DNA of 64,000 bases, taken from assembly GCA_044226625.1 (NCBI GenBank), contig JBGAGQ010000024.1:1-64000 (forward strand). Direction: 5' to 3'. The stretch comes from Thermoanaerobaculia bacterium (GTDB lineage: Bacteria; Acidobacteriota; Thermoanaerobaculia; Multivoradales; UBA5704). The translations under genes and the position numbers were made by a program. Positions 20,294 through 29,500 of the stretch are shown here, piece after piece. Position 1 is the first letter of the stretch. Every line of letters begins with the position of its first letter. The notes under the pieces were generated by a model. That model was given only the letters and a program-made list of their open reading frames with translations, did not search any database and had not been told where the DNA came from.

Positions 20294-21580
20294 GCGCAGC
20301 CAGCGCGCGAGCTCACCGAACGTCGGCTTCTTGCCGTACATCAAGATCCCCACGCGGTAGATCCGCGCCGTCGTCCAGACCATCAGGAAGACGAAGCCGG
20401 CCGTGAGCACTTCGGCGAGCAGCACCTGCCAGAGCGGGGGCATGCGGATCGCCAGCCGGAGCGTCATCAGGAGCGGAGTGAAGATAGGGACGAGCGAAAG
20501 GACCACCGCGAGCGTCGAATCCGGATCGTTGATCACCTTCGGGGCGAGGAACATGGGCACCGCGAGCAGGAGGATCAGGGGTGCCGCCGTTTGCTGGGCC
20601 TCCTGCAGATTGTTGAAGGCGGCGCCGAGGGCCGCATAGAAGCTCGAGAACAGGAAGAAGCCGAGCACGAAGAACGCGATCAGATGGATCGCGGTTCCAA
20701 CCCCGATCGAGGGGAGCGTGACGTCTTTCGGAAGGTAGGCAAGGGCCATCGCGACGCCGGGTGAGGTGACCACCGCGGCGGTGACCACCCAGATCGCGAA
20801 CTGGGTCAAGCCCACGGAACCGATGCCGAGCAGCTTACCGAGCATCAAATCGAACGGCTTCACCGCCGAAAGCAGGACCTCGACGACACGGTTCCCCTTC
20901 TCGTCGAGGATGCCGGTCATCACCTGCTGTCCCCAGACCTGGATCGCGATGAACAGCATCATGAAGACGACGTAAGCGAGCGCGGCGCCGGCGAGCCCGA
21001 TCTCGCGCTTGGAGCCCTCCTCCGACACGCGGACGGTGTCGAGCTCTACGCCGCGCATCAGATCCTCCGCTCGCGCCGGATCGAGCCCCGCCTCGGCCAG
21101 GCGAAGGCGTTGAAAGGCGCGGGAGAGCCGTCGCTCCACCCGCGATTGAGTGACGAACCCGGAGGTGCTGCGCGCCCGGTAGGTCACCTTCCCGGTACGG
21201 AGGGACGCGTCGTCGATCAGGATCCAGGCGGCGATCTCATGATCGAGGACCCGCCGGTCGAGCTGCTTTTCCTGCTCGGCCCGGTCCGATCGCGGCGCCT
21301 CGAGGACGAGCTCTATCTCGGACTTTCGCTCGGTGCCTTCGGCCGGATCGGCCGCCGTCTCGTCGGACGCTTTGCGTTGGAGCTCCGGCCGAATCTTGGC
21401 CGTACGGTCGAGGACGACCATTCGCTCTTTGTCGGAAGACATCGAGAGGAGGAGCGAAGGAAGGACCGTCGCGGCGAGGACGAAAAGCGGCAGACCGAGG
21501 GTCGAAAACCAGAAAGCCTTGCCCTTGACCCGCAGGAGATACTCCCGCTTGGCGACCGAAAGGGTGTGGTCAAGCCTCAT
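20285..21580 (-). CDS. ABC-2 type transporter permease (NatB/YhaP-like)
   Basis: VAKREYL, EKGNRVVEVLLS, GKLLG, IYRVGILMYG. Confidence 0.9.
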   Translation of the reverse strand: MRLDHTLSVAKREYLLRVKGKAFWFSTLGLPLFVLAATVLPSLLLSMSSDKERMVVLDRTAKIRPELQRKASDETAADPAEGTERKSEIELVLEAPRSDRAEQEKQLDRRVLDHEIAAWILIDDASLRTGKVTYRARSTSGFVTQSRVERRLSRAFQRLRLAEAGLDPARAEDLMRGVELDTVRVSEEGSKREIGLAGAALAYVVFMMLFIAIQVWGQQVMTGILDEKGNRVVEVLLSAVKPFDLMLGKLLGIGSVGLTQFAIWVVTAAVVTSPGVAMALAYLPKDVTLPSIGVGTAIHLIAFFVLGFFLFSSFYAALGAAFNNLQEAQQTAAPLILLLAVPMFLAPKVINDPDSTLAVVLSLVPIFTPLLMTLRLAIRMPPLWQVLLAEVLTAGFVFLMVWTTARIYRVGILMYGKKPTFGELARWLRRA

Positions 21581-22472
21581 CGCGAACCACCTCGAGAAAG
21601 ATCTGCTCGAGCGCAGGCTCTTCGGAACGGAAGTCCGAGACGCGCAGGAATTCAACGGCACGGGCGAGCACTTGGGAACCCTCTACGCCCGAAGCGAGAC
21701 CGAAGCGTGCGGTGCTGGCCGTGATGGCCACGTCCTCGACCCCGGCGATTTCCCGGAGGCGCGAGAGATCGCCCTCGGCGGTGAGCCGGAAGGAGCGGCC
21801 CGCGTGCCGCGCCTTCACCTCCGCGAGCTCGCCGGCCAAGACGACCCTCCCCTTGGAGATCAGGCAGATCCGGTCGCACATCCGCTCCGCGAGCTCCATC
21901 CCGTGGGTGGAAAGTACGACGGTCCGCCCGCCGTCCCGAAGCTCGGTCAGAAGCTCGCGGAAGAGCTCCTGATTGAGCGGGTCGAGCCCGGAAAACGGCT
22001 CGTCGAGGATCAGGAGATCCGGCCGATGGAGGACCGTGCCGATGAGCTGGACCTTCTGCTGCATTCCCTTGGAAAGCTCCTCGATCCGTCGCTTGGCCCA
22101 GGCCCCGAGGCCCGCGCGCTCTAGCCACGGCTCGATCTCTTCGAGCGCCGCGCGCCGTTTGAGCCCGCGGATCTCCGCGAGGAAGAGGAGCTGGTCCAGC
22201 ACGGTCATCTTCCGATAGAGACCCCGCTCCTCCGGCAGGTAGCCGACCCGGTCGAGGTCCCCTTCCCGGCGAGATCGGCCGAACATTCGTATCTCGCCGG
22301 AATCGGGCGCCAAGATGTCGAGGATCATCCGGATCGTCGTCGTCTTCCCGGCGCCGTTCGGACCGAGCAAGCCGAAGATCGACCCCGCCGGGACTTCGAA
22401 GCTCACGCCCGCGACGGCCTGATGTCCTTCATAGCTCTTGCGGACGTCGAGCAACTCGAGAATTTCGGTCAT
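21570..22472 (-). CDS. ABC transporter ATP-binding protein
   Basis: GPNGAGKTT, LSKGMQQ, ILDEPFSGLDP. Confidence 0.95.
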   Translation of the reverse strand: MTEILELLDVRKSYEGHQAVAGVSFEVPAGSIFGLLGPNGAGKTTTIRMILDILAPDSGEIRMFGRSRREGDLDRVGYLPEERGLYRKMTVLDQLLFLAEIRGLKRRAALEEIEPWLERAGLGAWAKRRIEELSKGMQQKVQLIGTVLHRPDLLILDEPFSGLDPLNQELFRELLTELRDGGRTVVLSTHGMELAERMCDRICLISKGRVVLAGELAEVKARHAGRSFRLTAEGDLSRLREIAGVEDVAITASTARFGLASGVEGSQVLARAVEFLRVSDFRSEEPALEQIFLEVVRDEA

Positions 22473-22484
22473 GTTGCCTCAAGG

Positions 22485-22564
22485 TACGAAACTTTTCAGC
22501 CGGAGTTCAGCGACGGAGCCACATCATAGTCCCGCGCTGAAACAACCGGCCGACTGGTGGCGTA
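22485..22564. promoter_or_regulatory. Candidate divergent ECF-sigma promoters
   Basis: Plus strand TGAAAC-N17-CGTA (22538-22564); minus strand TGAACT-N15-CGTA (22509-22485). Confidence 0.4.
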
Positions 22565-22593
22565 GAGGCGGATTGATGCTGGAGGAGAATGCC

Positions 22594-23265
22594 ATGAACG
22601 ACAGCCTGTCCTTTCGCGAGACGCCTCTCGGCCTATTCCTCACCGCGCCGTTTCGCGCTCGGTCGTACTCCAACCTGCTCTATCTCGCCCTCGCCTTCCC
22701 GCTCGGGCTCGTCTACTTCGTCTTTCTGGCCATCGGCCTGTCGGTCGGTTTGGGCCTGACGATCATCTGGATCGGCCTGCCGATCCTCGCCGCGGTGATG
22801 TTGGGCAGCTTCGGTCTGAGCCTCTTCGAGCGCCAGCTCGCGATCCATCTGCTGGGTGCGAAAGTCCCGCCGATGAGCTCCGCGGCGCCGCCTCCGGCCG
22901 GCTTTTGGGCTCGGGTGCGGGAGTTCCTTGCGAACCCGGCGACCTGGAAGGGGATGACCTACCTCGCGATCAAGTTCCCGCTCGGGCTCGCCACGTTCGT
23001 GGCCTTCGTGACCCTGGGGTCGATCACGCTCGCGTTCCTGCTCGCTCCGCTCTATTACGGCTGGCTGCCCGGACCCATGTTCGACCTGGGAGCCTACTCT
23101 TGGAGCGTCGAGACCTTTGGAGACGCCCTTCTCTGCTCGGCGGTCGGAGCGCTACTCGGTCTGGTGTCTCTCAACGTGTTCAACGGCGTCGCCTTCGCTT
23201 GGCGCGAGCTTTCCGCCGCGATGCTCGGCAGCTCGAGGTTCTCTGGCGCGGCCGCCGGCGCCTGA
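22594..23265 (+). CDS. Stand-alone membrane 'putative sensor' domain protein (PF13796-like)
   Basis: GGAGGAG RBS; YLALAFPLG, IWIGLPIL, ERQLA, ATWKGMTYLAIKFPLG. Confidence 0.78.
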   Translation: MNDSLSFRETPLGLFLTAPFRARSYSNLLYLALAFPLGLVYFVFLAIGLSVGLGLTIIWIGLPILAAVMLGSFGLSLFERQLAIHLLGAKVPPMSSAAPPPAGFWARVREFLANPATWKGMTYLAIKFPLGLATFVAFVTLGSITLAFLLAPLYYGWLPGPMFDLGAYSWSVETFGDALLCSAVGALLGLVSLNVFNGVAFAWRELSAAMLGSSRFSGAAAGA

Positions 23266-23471
23266 TCGTTGAATGGGCCGTCCGGCGCGGACGGCCCCTT
23301 GCCTTCTTCTCATCCTCTCGACAGTTCGAGACGAACGTCCGACCGGATCGCGCCGATCCCTCCCGGGATCGACCCGCCTTAATCGCGAAAAACCTTTTGC
23401 TGGAAGGGCTTTACAGACCGCTTGATCTGTGTGTGATACCCTTCGACGGGTTCTGCTCCAAGTGAAAATCC

Positions 23472-23497
23472 CTCCGTTTGCCAATGAGCAAACGGAG
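23472..23497. promoter_or_regulatory. Perfect 10-bp inverted repeat upstream of the giant surface protein
   Basis: ctccgtttgc-caatga-gcaaacggag. Confidence 0.5.
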
Positions 23498-23565
23498 ATA
23501 GCTGTGCTGGCGGGAGTGAGGATCTTCAAACGGCAGCTCCTCCGACCGTCCGCGAGGGCCCTTCG

Positions 23566-26500
23566 ATGACCGCCAAGAGATTTCCCCAGCTCCTCGCGTT
23601 CGCGGTGGCGAGCCTGTTTGCTCTCCGACCGGCGGCGGCAGTGACGTCCACGTTCAAGATCTATATCGACGCGGGCAACGACAACGCGGCGACCAGCTGT
23701 ACCGATCCCTCCGTACCTTTCCGTTTCGACGAGGTGCTGACCACGACGGTCGACACGAGCGGAGCGGCATCGGCCTCCGTCACCGCGGTCGCCCACCAGT
23801 CGTGTCTCTCCGGCACGCTCGATCCCACGCCGCACGCGGTGCCCGGGCCGCCCACGCCGCCCTGGAACGTCGGCATCGGCAACGGCGACAACGCGACCAA
23901 CGTCATCGAAACGTTCTTCAAGTTCACCGGCGCCGCCCCCACCTCCGTACGGTTCGCGCTGGTCGCGACCGGCGCGAGCGGCGGGCTGGACATCGTCACG
24001 ACCACCGCTTCGGGAAGCCCGACGCCGATCGTGCTGGTGCTCGGTCCGGTCATCGACATCCCCACCCTGGGCGGCTGGGGCCTCGCCCTCCTCGGATTGC
24101 TCCTCGCGCTCGCGGCCGGAAAGACGCTGCGTCGGCGCGGCGCGCGGGTCGCGCTCGCGATCCTGTTCCTCTCGTCTGCGGGCGCGCTTTGGGCGGTTTG
24201 TCTTTTCGACGGCCTGACCAACGACTGGTCGGTCGGCCAGCGGGTCGCGCAGGACAACGCCGGAGATTCAGCGGGTGGTCCCGACGTGCGCTCGTTCTAC
24301 GCCAAGTTCGAGAACGGAAGCCTCTGCTTCCGAATCGACAGCTCGCTCATCTTCAACGATCCGCCGACCGCCGATGACCAGGCCCCCTCGACCGCCGAGG
24401 ACACGGCCCTGCCGTTGACCTTGACGGGAAGCGATCCGAACGGCGACCCGCTCACCTTCTCGATCGTCTCCGGCCCCGCCCATGGCACTCTCGGCCCGTT
24501 GTCCGGCGCGACCGCGACGAGCGTGAACGTCTCTTACACACCGGCCGCCGATTTCAACGGTTCCGACAGCTTCGTGTTCCAGGTCGCCGATGGTCTGGGA
24601 GGGACCGACCAGGGAACGGTGTCGATCACGGTCACCCCGGTCGACGACACTCCGATCGCGGTCAACGACGCGGCGACGGTCGCCGAGGACTCGGGCGCCA
24701 CGGCGGTCCCTGTCCTGGCCAACGACACGGACGTCGACGCCGGACCGATCGGCATCGCGTCGGTGACGCAGCCGGCGAACGGCACCGTGGTCATAACGGG
24801 CGGCGGCACGGGTCTGACCTACGCGCCGAACGCGAACTACTGCAATCAGCCTCCCGGCACGACGCTCGACACCTTTACCTACACCTTGACGCCGGGTAGC
24901 TCGTCAGCGACGGTGACGATGACGGTGACCTGCGTCGACGACGCGCCGGTCGCGGTGGCCGACGCGGCGACCGTCGCCGAGGACTCCGGCGCAAGCGCGG
25001 TCGACGTGCTCACGAACGACACAGACATCGACGCGGGTCCGAAGACCGTCGCCTCGGTGACGCAGCCTACGAACGGCTCGGTGGTGATCACCGGCGGCGG
25101 TACGGGTCTTACCTACGCCCCGAACGCGAACTACTGCAACCAGCCGCCGGGTACGACGCTCGACACCTTTACTTACACCTTGGCGCCTGGCGGGTCCTCC
25201 GCAACAGTCACGATGACGGTGACCTGCGTGGACGACGCACCGGTCGCGGTGGCCGACGCGGCGACCGTCGCCGAGGACTCGGGCGCCACCGCGGTCTCCG
25301 TCCTCGCCAACGACACGGACGTCGACGCGGGTCCCATCAGCATTGCGTCGGTAACGCAGCCTGCGAACGGCGCGGTGGTGATCACGGGCGGCGGAACGGG
25401 GCTGACTTACGCGCCGAACGCGAACTACTGCAACCAGCCGCCGGGCACGACGCTCGACACCTTCACCTACACCCTGACGCCCGGCAGCTCTTCGACGACG
25501 GTGACGATGACCGTGACCTGCGTCGACGACAACCCCGTCGCGGTTGCGGACGCAGCGACGGTGCTCGAGGATTCGGGCGCGAACGCGATCGCCGTGTTGG
25601 CGAACGACACCGACATCGACGCGGGCCCGAAGAGCGTCGCCTCGGTGACTCAGCCGGTCAACGGCGCGGTGGTGATCACGGGCGGCGGCACGGGCCTCAC
25701 TTACGCGCCGAGCGCGAACTACTGCAACAACCCGCCCGGGACGACGCTCGACACCTTCACCTATACCCTGGCACCGGGCGGTAGCTCGACGACGGTGACG
25801 ATGACCGTGACGTGCGTGGACGACGCTCCCGTCGCCGTAGCGGACGCCGCGACGGTGAACGAAGACTCCGGCGCCAATGCGATCAACGTCCTGGCCAACG
25901 ATCCGGACCTCGACGGCGGACCCAAGGTGGTGGGCTCGGTCACGCAGCCGGCCAACGGTGCGGTCGTGATCACGGGCGGCGGCACGGGCCTCACCTATGC
26001 GCCGAACGCCGACTACTGCAACCAGCCGCCGGGCACGACGCTGGACACCTTCACTTACACCTTGAGCCCCGGGGGATCGTCGGCCACCGTCACGGTGACC
26101 GTGAGCTGTCTGAACGACGCTCCGGCCGTGGACCTGGACGCGAACGACGACCAGGGGACCACGGGCTCCGATTTTGCGGCCACCTACACCGAAGGCACCG
26201 CCGCGACGCTCATCGAGGATCCGACCGACGCGACGGTGACCGACATCGACAACACCACGTTGGCTTCGATGACGGTGACCCTCACGAACCTTCTCGACAC
26301 CGGTTTCGAGACGCTCTCGACGGATACGACGGGGACCTCGATCGTCGCCGTCTATACGCTCGCTCCCGGCACCGGAACTCTCACGCTGACGGGGCCCGAC
26401 ACGATCGCCAACTTCCGAACCGTGCTCCGCAAGGTGCGGTATCTAAACACCGACATCGACCCTGATGCCTCGGCCCCGCGGGTCGTCAACTTCGTCGCGA

Positions 26501-29500
26501 ACGACGGCGCCGTCAACAGCAACACGGCGGTCTCGACGGTCACTGTGGTCGCGGTGGACTCGCCGCCCACGGCGGTGGCCGACGCCGCGACGGTAACCGA
26601 AGATTCGGGCGCGAACGCGGTGAACGTGTTGGCGAACGACACGGATCCCGACAATGGGCCGAAGAGCGTCGCCTCGGTGACGCAGCCGGCGAACGGCACG
26701 GTGGTCATCACGGGCGGCGGAACGGGGCTGACTTACGCGCCGAACGCGAACTATTGCAACCAGCCGCCGGGCACGACGCTCGACACCTTCACCTACACCC
26801 TGACGCCTGGCAGCTCTTCGACTACGGTGACCATGACGGTGACCTGCGCCGACGACAATCCGGTCGCGGTGGCCGACGCGGCGACCGTGAACGAGGACTC
26901 GGGCGCGAACGCGGTGAACGTTCTTGCGAACGACACCGACCCTGACGGCGGTCCGAAGAGCGTCGCGTCGGTGACGCAGCCGGCGAACGGCGCGGTGGTG
27001 ATCACGGGCGGCGGCACGGGACTGACCTACGCCCCGAACGCGAACTACTGCAACCAACCGCCGGGCACGACGCTCGACACCTTCACCTATACGCTTTCGC
27101 CGGGCGGCAGCTCGACGACGGTGACGATGACGGTCACTTGCGTCGACGACAACCCGGTGGCGGTGGCCGACGCGGCGACCGTGGTCGAGGACTCGGGCGC
27201 GAACGCGGTCAACGTGTTGGCCAACGACACGGACGTCGACGGCGGTCCGAAGAGCCTGGCGTCGGTGACGCAGCCAGCGAACGGTACGGTGGTGATCACG
27301 GGCGGCGGCACGGGCCTCACCTACGCTCCGAACGCGAACTACTGCAACCAGCCGCCGGGCACGACGCTCGACACCTTCACCTATACGCTCACGCCGGGTG
27401 GCAGCACGACGACGGTGACGATGACGGTCACCTGCGTCGACGACGATCCGGTGGCGGTGGCCGATGCGGCAACCGTGAACGAAGACTCGGGCGCCAACGC
27501 GGTCAACGTGCTGGCGAACGACACCGACATCGACGGCGGTCCGAAGAGCGTCGCGTCGGTGACGCAGCCGGCGAACGGCACCGTGGTGATCACGGGCGGC
27601 GGTACGGGTCTGACCTACGCCCCGAACGCGAACTACTGCAACCAACCGCCGGGCACGACGCTCGACACCTTCACCTACACGCTCACGCCGGGCGGCAGCT
27701 CGACGACGGTGACGATGACGGTCACCTGCGTCGACGACAACCCCGTCGCGGTGGCCGACGCGGCGACTGTGGTCGAGGACTCGGGCGCCAACGCGGTGAA
27801 CGTTCTGGCGAACGACACGGACGTCGACGGCGGCCCGAAGAGCGTCGCGTCGGTGACGCAGCCGGCGAACGGCACGGTGGTGATCACGGGCGGCGGCACG
27901 GGGCTGACCTATTCCCCGAACGCGAACTATTGCAACCAACCGCCGGGCACGACGCTCGACACCTTCACCTATACCCTCACGCCGGGCAGCAGCTCGACGA
28001 CGGTGACGATGACGGTCACCTGCGTCGATGACGATCCGGTGGCGGTGGCCGACGCGGCGACCGTGGTCGAGGACTCGGGCGCCAACGCGGTGAACGTATT
28101 GGCGAACGACACGGACGTCGACGCCGGCCCGAAGAGCGTCACCTCGGTAACGCAGCCGGCGAACGGCACCGTGGTGATCACGGGCGGCGGCACGGGTCTG
28201 ACCTACGCGCCGAATCCGAACTACTGCAACAACCCGCCAGGCACGACGCTCGACACCTTTACCTACGCGCTCACGCCGGGTGGCTCGTCCACCACGGTGA
28301 CGATGACCGTTACCTGTGTCGACGATCCTCCGGTCGCGGTCGCCGACTCCGCCACCGTGATCGAGGACTCGGGGGCCAATGCGATCAACGTGCTGGCGAA
28401 CGACACCGACATCGACGGAGGCCCGAAGAGCGTCGCCTCGGTGACGCAGCCCGCCAACGGTGTGGTGGTGATCACGGGCGGCGGAACGGGCCTGACCTAC
28501 GCGCCGAACGCGAACTACTGCAACAACCCGCCGGGTACGACGCTCAGCACCTTCACGTACACCCTGACGCCGGGAGGCTCGTCGACCACGGTGACGATCA
28601 CCGTAACCTGCGTCAACGATCCTCCCGTCGCCGGGGCCGATGCGGCCGACTTCATCGGCAACACGGAGCTTCGGGTGGATACCGGTGCGGTCGCGACCCC
28701 GCACGTGCTCAAGACCACGTCGAGCACGTTCGGCGTCCTCGACAACGACAGCGACCCGGTCGAGGGCGACGCGGTGGCGGTTTCCTCGATCACGGTCGGG
28801 GCCTGCACCGACAATTCCTCGCCGTTCGATTGCACCGACGCGGCCGTGGGCACGGTCCACATGCAGACGAACGGCCGCTTCAGCTTCGAGCCGGCGCCGG
28901 GCGACACCGGCGCAACGGAGTCCTTCACCTATGTGGTGACCGACAACGGCTCGCCCGCTCCGGCGAGCGCGACCGGCACGGTGACCCTGACTCGCTTCAA
29001 TCGCGTCTGGTACGTGAAGAACGATCAGGCTGCCGGTGGTCTCGGCCGGTCGGCCGATCCGTTCGACACCTTGCTCGAGGCACAGACCAACTCGGTCGCG
29101 GGCGACACGATCTACGTCTACAACGGCGACGGTACGACCACCGGCCAGGCGAACGGCATCGTCCTCAAGGCGACCCAGCGCTTGATCGGTGAGGGTGTGC
29201 AGCTCGCCGTGCCGGTCACCGTCAATGGAGGACCGAATCCGACCGTGCTGCGTGCCGCGGGCACAGCTCCGATGGTCGACGATGTCGACGCGGGCGGGAA
29301 CGCGGTCGGAGCGACCGACGTGATCCCCACCGAGATCGCCGGGTTGAACCTGGCGGGCAACACGAACGGAATCGACATCACTCACACTGGGGCTTTCGCC
29401 GGTTCGGGATCGCTGGAGATTCGCAACAACGTGATCCGCTCCGCCGGTGTCGAGGGAATCGATCTCAACAAGGGCGGCACCGGGGCGCTCACCCTCTCCC

